DNA of 64,000 nt from Gonapodya sp. JEL0774 (Eukaryota), in contig JADIIX010000113.1 in assembly GCA_027604505.1 (NCBI GenBank), forward strand, positions 1 to 64,000, in the 5' to 3' direction. Both the position numbers and the translations under genes were made by a program. Positions within the stretch are counted from its first letter, which is position 1; each line of letters begins with the position of its first letter. This document shows, in pieces, positions 47,228 to 60,544 of this stretch. A model generated the notes under the pieces. The model was given only the letters and a program-made list of their open reading frames with translations, was not told where the DNA came from and ran no database searches.

Positions 47228-50200
47228 ATGGCGACTTGCATTTTAAATATCCTCAATGACACAACGTACTTGGATAAGGGAACCGCAACACGTCCGGCAG
47301 CCTACGTTTCGGAAGAAGGATTACTCGGATTGCTTCGTGACATTATCGAAGCCCGGAACAACGTTCAAGCTGGCGATGTACGGGCTGAGGATGATGCACA
47401 TAAATGGAATGAAAACACAGCAATTTCCGTGGACGGAAGAGTTGGGGAGAATGGAGATGGTCCAGAAACTGCAGCTTTGAAGTCTGCCATCCTGGAGGGG
47501 ACATGGAGTCTTCTCGTGGCGGTACCGAGTCCATCGAGCTCGTCAAATTCAGCTGATACTACGCATTTGGTTCTCCGGGGAAACTCTCAATCACGATGGG
47601 CAATGAAACTCGACAATTTCTGTACCAGGTTGAGAGACGGCGGATTCACACTCGGAAATTCGGTCCTGTTTGAGCTCAAAATGCTGACAGATAGTGACAC
47701 GGGCGTGCGAAAAGGCATCAAGTCGAGGTCTCAACTGTCGTCAACACCTCAATCAGGTTCCACACGATTAATGGTGTCGAAGGCGGATGTGAGCAGATAC
47801 GGTCTCAAAACGAAACTCGAAGTGAGCAACTCTGCAGTTTCATCCTTACGATGATTGCCCTACCGCTTTGCATGTCTGAAGGAACTGCTTCGGAGCAGAA
47901 TTCGATTAGCACGGGTGTTCATCTTTCTCCACTCGGACATCTGTTAACCCCAAATTGGCGTGGTTTCGAAGCTCACCACAGATGATTGTACTCAGTCGAA
48001 GCCCAAAATGCTTATCGGGCCGCTTCTCCCCGTCGTTGCAGCTTCCCTCCCTTCTCGTACCCACACCGCGCCTCCCCCTCCTGACCCGAATCGTCCTCCG
48101 GGCCACTCACGCCCATCCCACCCATTCTGCACTCCCGTCGTGGCCATTTTTTCCTTATTCTGCACGTCGACTTAGATCCGCACTCGTGGGGAAAGTCGTT
48201 CGCCGAGGTGACGTAGTCCGTGTGCCAGAGTCAGAGATACGAGCGAGCAAACGAAGGCCTGAGTGGACGAGCAGCGCAATGTCTTTGAGGAAGGAGATGG
48301 ATAAGACGAACTCGGCTGAAGTTGGAGACTTTGAGGTTATCGAGGCGACAACTGAAGAACTGGAAGCTCCTACTGGCACGGGAGCCAACAGCGCAATGGG
48401 AGAGGGTGGCGACTCTGTTTACGCAATCATTACCTGTGCCACCACTGTCGAGTTACGACTAGCATCTCCACCCGATGTCGCCTCTACTTCAGTAACTGGC
48501 ACCCCTGCCACAGAACTACCCCAATTGACGATCGATGATCGTGAATTCGACGAAGCTGTGGAAGCTCTGGGAGCGGGTGAGGGTGCGAACCGGTGGGTGC
48601 TCACGTCGTTGCACACCATGCGCCACTGAATAGAAATCGTCCGTGGGCTCACCAATCCCTCCCCTTCGAAGCGCTCTTCACCTGCTGCGCCTTGCCCATC
48701 CGAAGTCTGTCCGTTATAAGTTCCTTCATGACCTCGGCATCCCTCCGCCAGATTCCATCCTCCTAACAGGCCCGTCGGGGTCTGGCAAATCACGCCTTCT
48801 GGCATCTATCGTGAAGGCAGAGAGCACGAGTTGTGCAGTAATATCGGCGGGCTTGGTGGTGGCAGAGGGTGCCTCACAGGGTGGGGTGAGCAGTGCATTG
48901 ACTCAAGCACTGAGGAAGGTACTGGATGGCCGAACAGCGAATACTGGTGTGCACATCTCCCTGATGGTGATCATTGTGGATCACTTGGAATTGATTTTAC
49001 GGTGTGAGGAGGCTGCGGCGGATGGTGGGGAGTCCGGTGTTGAAAACTCGGGGAGAGATTCGGAGGACGAAGGTGCTGTGGACGGACTGGTGGAGGCTGG
49101 ACAATTGGTGAGGAAATTTAATGAGAACTCAAGTGTCGTGCGCAAGAGAGGGAAGCTCAGAGCTGTGTTAGTTGGGGTGTCGGCTGTGGAGCCATCACGA
49201 TTGCCAGCAAGGGCAAACGAGGTATTCGGCCACTTTATCACATTAGTGTCTTCTCCAGTACCGTCTAGAGACAGAGTCGGTGACCACTCCGAGATTGCGA
49301 TAGATTTCTGGAACTCGGATGGCGATCCCACTTCCTCCCTCCATCCGTCTCTAGAACCTCTCGTTCAAAATGTCATACGATATCCCCTCTTAGCTGCCCT
49401 CGGCCTACCTCCTGCCCCTGGCGCCCTCCTATATGGACCTTCTATCCCTCCATCTCAGACTGCTTCGCTCGCTCAGGCATTGGGTCGAGGATACGCGAGA
49501 ATCCGCTTGACGGATCTCGTGAAGGGCGAAGTCGGGGCCGGGGAGAGAGAACTGAAAGGGGTATTTGAGAGCTGTAGAAGGCAAGGAGGTGCATGGGTTG
49601 TTGGGATGGAAGGGGTAGAGGCAGTGGTGGGCGGTACAGGTGTGGGTGAGAAGGTGGGTTTCCTGCTGCGTGAACTAGGATGTGTCACTTGGGTCTTCTG
49701 ACGAGATTAATGGAACTCAAGGTCCTCACCCAACTGCTGGTTGAACTAGATAACGTGGCACTGAGCGCTGTTGATCGTGCCGATGGAAGTGCCGCCGACA
49801 TATTTGTAGTGCTGACAACGGACAGGCCCTGGGATGTCGATGCGAGGCTCCTACGCGCTGGTGGGTCCACTCGTTCTTCCGTCTCTATTACTGACTCTCG
49901 GTATAAACAAATTGAAGACATCGTGTCAATTTCTATGCAGGCCGAATCGATCGGCACATTTACATCTCCCCACCCTCAGACAGTTCCCGTCTTGAATTTC
50001 TGCGTAACTCGTTCCCTCCCCCTCCTCCGTCCTCCTCGACTCTACCCAACCGTGACTCAAATTCTTTGGGAACAATCGCCTCCCACCCAGATCTCCAGAG
50101 ATCCCTACCTCAAATCTCGATGCGGCTCTCGGGCTGCACAGATGCAGATCTTCGAGAGATTGTCCGTCGCTCTCGAGCCTCTGCTATGGCAAGAGCGTTA

Positions 50201-50419
50201 CGGGGCGTGGGGTGGCGAGGAGTCTCCGTCACCGACCAAGCCGCAGCGCGGGAGGACGATACGGTAGGACAGGAGATTAGAGCAGCATTGCAAGCGGCAT
50301 TGGTAGAGCTGCAGGATGTGGAAGCTGCTATCTCGGGGCACCTAATAGTTGGTTCTGCATTGCTCGGAGAAGAGCAACGATATCGGACTTGGGAGCAAGA
50401 ATCACGTGCCTTTCGTTGA
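47228..50419 (+). CDS. CDC48/AFG2/PEX-like double AAA protein with degenerate ATPase motifs, spliced
   Basis: D1 LGIPPPDSILLTGPSGSGKS; D2 LGLPPAPGALLYGPS, KGEVGAGERELKGVF, VLTQLLVELD, TDRPWDVDARLLRAGRIDRHI, GCTDADL. Confidence 0.75.
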
Positions 50420-50979
50420 AACTCGAGAGGAGGGACTGCTCTGGTGTTCGTGCACCCAGTAGTTTATAATTGTATATATTTGCAACTTTGAGAATGCAAG
50501 TTGTCACAATAGATGAGTAACGTGCGATGTTTCAGGTGCCAGCCATGGTTACAGAACATCCTGGACATTTACAAATAGTAATTGGTGAACATCCCCGAAA
50601 GTGAACTTGATAGTTAGGCTGTTGGGACAATTTGGGTGAAGGGAGGAAGCTGTTTGGGTTTATGTCCTATGTAATGTGACGGCAAATCTGTGATTGTCCC
50701 CATGATCCTAGGAGAGTGAATGGTCGACAAAACCATGCATGATCTGGTTTGAGGCAGTCAGCTATTGCTGGCGGGGATGGTGTACGAATAAAATGTTCCA
50801 AATTCAGAAAATATTGGAGAATGAGGGTGGAGTCCGCTTGGTCCCAGGTTGAGTCCAGCCAGGCTCCAACCACTTTCGCCCCACGTGTTCACACCCCGCC
50901 TAGTTCGTTTCGAAATCGCTTCTGCTCTAGGCCAGCATTTGGCTCCTTTTGGAAGTCTCCTACTCACTTGAGCTCCGCG

Positions 50980-53223
50980 ATGGCTGGCTTCAAATTCGGA
51001 TCCTTTGACTATTTCTGCCAACAGTCGACTTTAACGCTGTGTCCGCTGGTCGGCGCTGCGGTGGAACCTTCGTGCTATGCTAGGAATCTTGATATCAATG
51101 GAACATTTCTTTTCCAACCTGGTGCGTCGGACGGGGTCATCCTGGACAGAGGCGCACGGAGGGACGAGATTGCAGCTGCGACAAGAACTTTGTTCCAAGA
51201 CCATGATGGGAGAAATGAAAGAAAAATATGTGAAAATTGGCAGGCTAAACGCCTGGAGGAGGGGCGTGGTAACTTCCAGAGCAGATGTTGCTGCTGAATG
51301 CTACCAGAACGGGACCTCGGGATCGCAATTCAGAAACCAACGCGAGTAACATCTCTTCTAGAGATTGGATAGTCCCATGGATTGGTCGAATTCTTCCCGT
51401 TCGCAAGAGTACTCAGTATCTTGCTCACCAAATCTCACCCAACATCTTTCCTGCCAGCCACACTCTTCGTCTACCTCACTTCCATCGCAATGACTATCGT
51501 CATGATCTATCACATCAAGCAGAAGTACACAGCTGTCGGTGCGTATGTGATGTCAAATTGTGCTCCTGGGACTGTTCAAGGATCCGAACAGGAGCTTTAG
51601 CTATCGAACGCTTCTACCACTGCTGCCCTGGACGCGAAAATTCTTTTAGCGTGTGGGAGATGCAGTGGGATGAGTGGGTAGTCAAACGAAGAACTTCAGG
51701 TGAAAAATTCATCTGACATACTCCGGAGAACCCAAGCAATGGTCACTCTGCGGGCCATTGAAATTCTTGCGATACTCTCACGTGCGATGCACCGTACATT
51801 GTGTGTCCCGCTACAGGACCCCAACGGGCTCTCCAGTGTGCTGACCGATCACTGTTCTTTTAGGGCGACGTGAAATCCTAATATTTTTTTACCTATACAT
51901 AATTACCGAAACGGTTGAGCTTGTTGTGGAGTCTGGTCTTATTCCGAAGAACAGTGTGACGAACGTGGTGAGTGACGATGGCCCTTTGGAGGAGTGGCTA
52001 ATATGTACGAATGGAATGACAAACCGGACTATCGAGAATTGACGGAATTCCTTGCACTAATCCGTTGCTGTGAAAATGGGTGCTCCATTGGGTAGAGTAC
52101 GCATGTAAAAGGACTTCGTGCAGATAGACTGACAGGATCTGCGGCCGACGCATGGCATTTACAACTCGCTCCATGTCCTCACTTGCGGACAGTATCAAAT
52201 AACGGAGGTCAGCTGCTGGGGCTTCTCAAATGACGCACCTTGCGAGTAGCGCGAGGATATATTCGACCCTTTTTGAGCGTGGGCACGCTGGTGTGATGGG
52301 GGAAAAATCATTCATGATATCTTCGACTTTCGCACTACCTTCTCAACTAATCTGCTCTCTAACAACCCATCAACCGCCGTATCAGCATTTCACGGCGGCA
52401 CATGTTGCGATGACCACCGCGACATATTGGTGTTTGCTTATAAACGGCTTCGTAGGCTTCCAGTGGGCAGAGGACGGGACAGCGTTGTCGCTATGGGTGA
52501 GTCTCGTAAGGAAAAACTATATTGAGCTCTTGCTGAAAGGACCGTCTCTTCTATTATTTCGTTATCCACGACTCCATTTTCAACCCCACCTTGACATCGC
52601 GTAGACAATTCGTGGCTCCTGTCTCTTCATATTCGCTCTCACCTACTTCGTGTCTTTCGGGACATTCACTTCCCAGTTCTCTTTTTCCTCCAGCAATCCC
52701 GTCGCTCTCTTCGCCATCTATATTCTCCTCAATGCCGCATCCCTGGTCGTATACGTTTTCCTTCAGATTGTCCTGGTGCTAAACAATCTTGAAGACCGAT
52801 GGCCCCTCGGCCACGTGCTCTTCGGCTTCACATTCTACATTGCTGGTATTGTGTTCCAGTTTGTAGTGTCAACCAAGGTGTGCGAAGCAGCGAAGCACTA
52901 TGTAGATGGGATGTTCTTCTCCGCGGTCATGACTCTACTGGCAGTCATGCTGGTGTATAAATACTGGGATTCAATCACAAAAGAGGATCTCGAGTTCTCT
53001 GTAGGAGGAAAGAGTAATGTTTGGGAAATCAAGGTGAGATGAGACAGATGATGATAATCAACGAATTTGCTTCCCCCATAAGTGACTCTTATTATTCTTG
53101 TGTCCCATTTCTGTCATTACGCGATAACATATCCTTCAGGACCCGTTACTCAATGACGAGCAAATGGTTCTCCTCGCCAATGAGCACTCGCGAATGCAAC
53201 AATATATGCAGGATCGCGAGTAA
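50980..53223 (+). CDS. CHS7: Chitin synthase export chaperone, spliced
   Basis: FGSFDYFC..LCPLVG, CYARN, KYTAVGRREI, WCLLINGFVGFQWAEDGT, EDRWPLG, HYVDGMFF, YKYWDSITKEDLEFSVG. Confidence 0.95.
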
Positions 53224-53561
53224 CTGGAAATGATTGTTCTTTATGGCCCGCGAGTAACTGTGCAGGATTGTTGTTTATGTAGCTTTGTTGGGGGGGATTG
53301 AGATGAACTTTGGGATCGGCAGTTACTTTGAGCATTGTTGTCTCTCGTATACCCCGTGCAAGGGCTTGCTTGTCTTATCTAGAGGTTGTTATTTGGCTGC
53401 TGCGATGTATTGGGCATACAATGCTTTCCAAGTGGACCCTTCGGTGTTCTTCCCCTTCCACAAAATAATACATTATCATAAAATGCTCCGTGAACAACAT
53501 ACAACAATGAGCCATTATATAATTTGTCAACATCATCTCAAACTAAAACGTTGGTATTCTC

Positions 53562-56249
53562 TCATGCACCAAGGGATCCCCTCATTGGTGGACCTGCAAC
53601 ATCTACCCCAAATGTACTCATGAGACCAGACTCGGTTCGAGTGGCTGGTATGGTCATCGAAGGAGTGTATGCAACACCCGAAGATACAGAGCGAAACGGG
53701 TTGGCGCCATTGGGTACAACTGTAGCGGGAGCAGGCGCAGGGGATGGAGCCACATGAGTTAGAGGATAGAAGCCGTAAGAGTTGGTATCAAGGTTGCGAC
53801 CCTGGAAGAATATTATCTCGTTGGTAATACCTCCATGTGTAATACCTTTTCGACTTGAAAACGTGAAATAAAGCTCACCAAACCCCATCCATCGGTACGC
53901 CGCTCACACGTGACACGGTCTCCAGCCTTCAACGCTACCTCACCTGGTTTCCTCCCAGGGAACTCGTGAATCGCAAACATTAAACCAGACATTGGCGGTG
54001 GGACTGCCGGCGCTGTGATTGAAGGAGTTTGATCGTTGCCAAATCTCGCGTTAGGCGATAAAGGCGGCCACACGGGAACGGCAATCGGCGCAACGGGTGC
54101 AATTGGTGCGGGTGGGGTGTATATCCTCTGCCGGTCTGAGTCGTGAACCTGTGACCGCAGCCTCTCCACCTCGTTCTGCACATCCTTCAGTTCCCGCTCT
54201 AAATCTCCCACAATCCGTCCATGCTCTACAGCCCGTTGCTGTGCCGCAATTCTCTCCTCGGCAACCCGCTTCTTCATTTCCGACAATGTCATCACCACTT
54301 GCGAGTAATCAACTTCTTCCACCAACGACGCAGCACGGACATTGTTTCCGTTTCTCTGTTCCAGATTCCGAATATGAGCCTCGATCACTTCACACGCTTC
54401 TTGGTCCTGCATCGCTCTCGCAGCCCGACGAGCACGGGACGGCACCTGGGCCCCGCGTGCGAGGAGTAGGCGGAGGATGGGAAGATTGCAAATGAATCCA
54501 CCAAAGTCAAATGCTTCCGACTGCGTTGTAGGGTGTTCAATCTGAATCTGGTGAAATAACGTGGTGGGAAATCGCGGGAACGTCGATGATTGGAGGGGAG
54601 ACAGTGAAGCAGGACACTCTCTACACCATTGGTTTTGGAACGGGGAGTTCACATACCTCCGCACCATCCTTGCTCATTCCAAACTTGCTCTCCTGCTCGG
54701 CCATGGCCATAAACTCATCTCGAATATCCACATTGGCCGACGAGATAATAGGCGAGCCCGTGACAAGATCAATGATTGAGGCACAACGGTAGGTGAGAAG
54801 CCATCTAGTGGAGTTGAAAGAAAATAGATCATCTCAACATATGCGTTCGTGTGAGTAATATAGCAGCGTGGGCAACGATACTCACCTGTTCTTTTGCCAA
54901 GTATCTGTGGACCAGTCGCCCTGATCCCATGTCGGAAGCTTCCACTCGATGAGGCGGTGCACGTCAGCACCTTGAAGTGTGAATGGACATCACAAGTCCG
55001 CAGTTAAACGCCCGACCAGTTATCAGAGAGTGAATATGGAAGAAAGGAAAACCCTCCAGAAGCATATCTTGGACAGATGCTCACCGGCATTCAGTAACTC
55101 CTTCACAATATCTTCTCTGGCGTACAAGACTGCCAGTGCCAATGCGCTTTCACCCCATGCAGTCTCGCTCATTACTTTGCCACCCTCAACCTTGGCTCGC
55201 AATGTGGTCTTTTTCCTTGCATCGGGCGACGCACCTGCAGCAAGCGCCGCACGAACGTCGTTAAGCTGTCTGGACTCCACCGCGGCGATAAGGCGGACAT
55301 TGTGGGGGTTCTCCACCCCACTGGAGGAGAGCGTGGTCACTGCAACTGGCTGTTCCACAAGAAGATTCACCAGTGCTTCACCCTCTGATCCCATTGCCAA
55401 TGCGCGATCAATGCAGCGGGGTGTGACACGCACCCCCTTGGTGAGGAGGGAGCGGACAATTGTCGGGTTCAACTTTATTGAGATGAAGTGAAAAGAATCT
55501 TTTTGCTCCCGGGCACGGGTAACGAGTGCCGGGTCACCATCAATGTTCTGATGGGAAGCGGCGACGGATATCGGGGGTGAGGAAGGGCGGGGGGCGAGAT
55601 GAATTAGTGATGTGGAGAGTCAATGGAGGGGTCCCAAGGTCAATGCGATGCGGCTGAACCCATTAAATCTTTTAAGTCAGTGATATCCTGTTGTATTCTG
55701 ACTCGTTCAAAGAACTTGCGTGAAGAACCTCATTCTGTGAAACCCCGGAAAGAGAGTGTACCCACAAGAGCCACCTGCCTCTTCGACTCTACAAACTCTG
55801 TGAGTTTCGTTTTGCCAGCATCAAAAGGCGAAACCACGTTCGCGGGACAACACAGAGCGACTTCGAGGATAGAGTCAAATCTATATTCCGCGAACCACCG
55901 ACCCGCATTCCAGCGTTCCGAGGTCCAGTTTGTTTCCCAGTTCGGCACTTTCCAGGTGATCGGACCGTCGACCGAGGCGCCTTTCGAACAAGGAGTGAAT
56001 GGTCAAAGCAACCGTGAGAAGAACCCTTTTTGAACACGCACCGGCATCAAGAAGTAGCTTAATAAAATCTGGTCTATTGTATAGGCAAGCTAGAACGAGC
56101 GGCGTTTCTCCAGGCGCCGTATCAGTTCTCTCGACTCCCTCGACATCGGCGGTCAATTTTACAGTTTTCCTTTGATCTGGCGAGAATCCGAGTTGGAGAG
56201 CAGCGCGTACCGCCTCTATGGATCCGCTCTCGATGGCTTCAATGAGCAT
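53562..56249 (-). CDS. Two insertion-bearing ankyrin-like modules + coiled coil + Pro-rich linker + SH3, spliced
   Basis: LIEAIESG..GFSPDQRK..GETPLVLA..WKVPNWETNWTSERW and LIAAVES..GASPDARKK..GESALALA..EWKLPTWD; SH3 FAIHEFPGRKPGEVALKAGD..DGWGL|GRNLDTNSYGFYP; alternative ATG at 56303. Confidence 0.8.
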
Positions 56250-56393
56250 TGGAATAGGGGAAATGAAAGTATTGTTGGTTTTTATGTGCTGTGTGGGCCA
56301 CATCCTCAGCACCGGCTCAGGACCTCAAGTTAGTTCCAATGCTGCCGAACCAGACGTCCAAAGGATATTATACCCTTTAGATTCCTTTGCAAA

Positions 56394-59052
56394 ATGTCCG
56401 GAGAGTTGGACGCCGTCTTGATAACAGCGATCGAGAAGAGAAGCAAAGAGGCACTCATTTTAGCTCTCGCTGCTGGGGCTTCTCCGAATGCGCGCAAACA
56501 AGTGACGCTCAAAGTAAAGATTGCCAACGATTGGAGGACTGAGACTGTTGGAGCGGAAACCGCTTTGGCATTGGCGGTAGTCTACGGTCGTCTTGACTTT
56601 GTGAGAACTCTCATCCACGCTGGTAAGTTCACTTAACGTGTGAGGGATGTAGTTATTATATCGATGAGACCTCGCACACAGTTCTCCACGATGGAGAGCC
56701 AGTTTCTCCACCTCCGTCGAATGTACATTGTACCTAAATGCACATTCGTTTCCTCCATGTTTTTAGGCGCAGACGTTGAATCGCCTGTCGAATGGCGAAT
56801 CCCGAATTTTGAAACCAACTGGACATCTTCTACCTGGGATAATTCCAAGTGGCTTCTGCAATATCACTTCGACTCCATTATTGAAGTGGCATTAGGAACG
56901 GGCACGTTGTTGACCAATTTCAACGACGTTGAAACCAAGTTTACTGAGGAGTTGTCGGTGAATGCCAGATTTGCGTTGGTGAGTTGCATCGTGGGCTCGC
57001 TCGCCATAGTGTGGAGGAGTTTAGTGGAAGGCGGGGACCTTTTTGTGTTTCGCTTGGGGAGATTCATCTCTCTTGCTCCATGTTTGTTCAGAACAAGGAC
57101 GGTGGTGCGGTCACTGTCACCAATCCCTCCACCCTCACCTCCACGTGCGACTTCGGAAAAATGACGCCAGACCTTGCGATCATTAAGCTCCTCCTCCGTC
57201 ATGGAGCACGATCTACTCCAGCGTGCACCGCCCGAGTGCGGGCACTCGACAAGGCACCATTGCTTCGCGTTCTTGAATCCCAATCGGCTGAACTCGCCGA
57301 ACTCGCCAGGTCGGATTCCTTGGCTGAGAGGCTCGTGGACGCTGTCGAGAAACGTCGTTTGGACCTCCTCAAATCTGCGCTTACCGCGGGCGCATCCCCA
57401 AACGCACGTAAGAAGGTTTCCTTGTCCGTGGCAGTGCCCGGATTTGGGACAAGGAGTGAGACGGTGTTTGCGGAGAGTGCGTTGGCACTGGCAGTGTTGT
57501 ATGCACAGGAAGGGGCAGTTGCAGCCTTGTTGGAAGCAGGTAAGTGGGTTTTAGTACGTGAGGCTGTCGTCTGAGGACAGTTCCGGGCGGTTTGTCCGAA
57601 CCAATGAACCGAAGAATTATGTCTCATTTGCTTGCCTACACTATAGGGGCTAACGTTCATGCAGAGATTGAATGGCGTGTACCAAATTATGAATCGGCAT
57701 GGACGATGGCATTGTGGAACAGGACAAGGTCAGATTTCCTGCACTGGTTGTCTGTAATCGAGTTTTGAGCAAGGTGGTATCGCATTCCCGCAGATGGCTA
57801 CTGCACTACCGTTGCGACTCCATCCTCGATCTCGCGCTGGGATGTCCCAACCTCTCGTCTCCATTTCGCAACATCGAGCAAGATTATTCCATTGCATCGG
57901 ACTCACGTGGGCGACTGGCTCTCAACAAAGATGGTGGACATGTCCGTTTGCATACGCCGAGCGCGCAGGGGGAGGCACACGATGTGGGGAACTTTTCCCC
58001 CACCGTTGGGATCGTGCGCTTGTTGATCAATGCCGGCGCACAAGTTTCGGCGGGGGCGAGGGAAGCGGCCAAGGGAATGCCAGATAGGAATTTCGTTCAA
58101 ATGGTGGAGGAGGCGCTGAGAACGGCCGGTGGCGCCGCGGGGCAAGCTGCAGCTGTATCGGCAGGTGCGAGGGCTGCATCAAGTGACGCATCGATAAAGC
58201 AGAAACTTGAAGGAGAGGTAGCTGTGGAGATTTCGAAGCTGGATGAGATCGGGCGGGAGGAAACCATGCTGGGTGAGGCGAGGGCACAGCAGGTCGCGGA
58301 GCTTAGAAGAAAGCTCCAAGATGCCAAAGCAGAGCGAGATAACCTACGAGCCCGAATCGAAGAAGTCAGACGTGGAGGGAATAGTAGCCGGAGGACACCT
58401 TCCACACCGCCAGGATCCGGATCCTCAGACTTGGATCGTGAGGTCGCCTCTCTCCGCCTCCGTCTGGCGACACTGGAACGGGAGAATGCCTACTTGCGGT
58501 CCGAAGTTGACGCCTTGCGCGCCGCCCAGGTCCAATCGCCTCACGGATTCCCACCTCCGTTGGAATCTCGAAACCTTGCCCCGCCGACACCTCCCGCGTC
58601 GCAACCCCCTGTCCCTGTTCCACCCAGGCCAGCTCGCACAGTGGAGTCGATAATGTATGTGGTGGAGGCTTTCAGTCCAAGGGACAGTGATGAAATAATG
58701 TTGAGACTTGGAGATGAAGTATTTGTTAATATCGCTCACGCGGACGGTTGGGGTTCGGTGAGTTCGAGTGTGATCGGCTCTTCGCAACTTTGCATCTTTG
58801 AGCCACTCTAAACCATTATAATCTCAGGGGCACAACATCTCAACTCAAGCCGCCGGTCTCTTCCCACTCTCCCATGTCGCTTCGACGCCGGGTTCCATTC
58901 GGCATGCAAACCCACCTTCCATGCCCGCACCTCGATATGACTCGAAAGCAATATTTCCCACCTCGGGAAATGGTCAAGCTCCGCCGGTTCCCTATGACGA
59001 CCAGCCCACCGTTAGACTGGCACGGCTCCAGCCAACGTCCTCTCTGAGATGA
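56394..59052 (+). CDS. Two insertion-bearing ankyrin-like modules + coiled coil + Pro-rich linker + SH3, spliced (paralogue of the divergent neighbour)
   Basis: LITAIEK..GASPNARKQV..AETALALA..EWRIPNFETNWTSSTW and LVDAVEK..GASPNARKKV..AESALALA..EWRVPNYESAW; SH3 YVVEAFSPRDSDEIMLRLGDEV..DGWGS|GHNISTQAAGLFP; TGA at 59050-59052. Confidence 0.85.
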
Positions 59053-59318
59053 GGGAGGAAGGAAGCTGGAAAGGGGAGATGCACCCAACCCGCTGGAAGC
59101 TGTATTCTCGACAATTAAAGTTAATGCTTTTCTAAAATGTCCCATTATTTGAATATGTACGCACTTCGTCAATTGCTGAGCAGTGAGTGTGGGAAATGGG
59201 GAAGGGAAAATGACATATGAAAAGATGATACTGTTGTTATGTATTTTTCCCTACGTAACTTTTACTTGTGAATACAAAGACTCTGTTCGTTGCTCAGTCA
59301 AAACTCCCTAAGATTCCC

Positions 59319-60544
59319 CTACACCCGATAAGCGGGAGGAACCGCGTACGGCCACGTGGTTGCATTGGAGAGCAGTGCGGTGATAAGATTATTGTCATTG
59401 GCGGCAGCAACATAAACTTTTGCCCAGTTCACATCTGTGTACAAACGAAATTTGGTGTTCTTGAGTATGTATAAGGTGTCGCCGTAGCCGAGGAATTGCT
59501 CGCCGAGTCCTTCGATGGCGACCTTAATCGATCCTTCCAGAACGTTGATGACGTGGCCGATGGGATAAGCAGCTGATTTGCCGTTTGCAATTGCTGCGTC
59601 CGACGTTCGGCGCATGCTTAGTGTCGCGACCGTCCCCTTTTCTGTCAGTTTGGCCAACAGCGAGATGACAATGTCCCCATGATCATTTCCACCAAGCGAT
59701 TTTGGTCCCCAACCGTTGGCGATGTAGTACGGGGTGCTGCTGTTGGAAGGGATTGTGTTGTTATCGGCGTGCCAACTGGCGTTATTCGTAGCTCCGTTTA
59801 AGTTGAGTTCGTTGTTGAGAGGGTATGTAGGTTGAACGTTCACATCAAAGAGAGCCGCTACGGCGAAGAATTGGTTCGCGGGGAACGCCAGAGGCTGATC
59901 TGGAGGGAAGGGTGCATTGACGGCTGGATTCCAGGGAGTCGAAACGTTAAAGAAGAAATCTAAACAGAAGGGAATGATGTTTAAGAGTAATGGTGGATCG
60001 AAGCAGTGCGCGAGGGAGTGCGCAACACATACCTTCGAAGCCACCGGGGAATACCACACCAATCATGTACGTATCTGGTTCGATGAAAGCATACGAGTGA
60101 ACGGTTCTCTCGGGAACAGCCCCAAAATCTCCGGGAAGCAGAATTCGCTGCTCGTTGTTTGCGTACAGCTTTACCCTTCCTTTCACGAGGAAAAATGTTT
60201 CAAAAGCTGTGCATACAACCAAGTATGCGTGAAATGAAGGTCAAAGAACGCGGGCAGTATGATAATGATTCACCTTTCGCGTGAAAGTGAGGCGGCACTG
60301 CCGCATTCACCATATCGGCTGTTGATAAGAATGCAATTTCGCCGTTGCTAGAGTTTTTGGTAACAGGGATACGGAAGATAGAGCTTCCCAACTGGAGAGT
60401 TGTTCCTTCCAAATGTCGTACGATGTAGGTCTTGGCTGATTGTGGAGTTTTCTTCACGTCAATGAAGGCAGGAATGACGGCAGATACCGACCGAATAGTT
60501 GCCAGAACGGCTGCAACGATGAAGAAAATCACTGCGAACTTCAT
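59319..60544 (-). CDS. Secreted bicupin, quercetin 2,3-dioxygenase-like, spliced
   Basis: Signal peptide MKFAVIFFIVAAVLATIRSVSA; metal motif PHFHAK|AFETF (HxHxxxxE) and TVHSY; LPGDFGAVP, PGGFE, PYYIANGWGPK. Confidence 0.8.
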
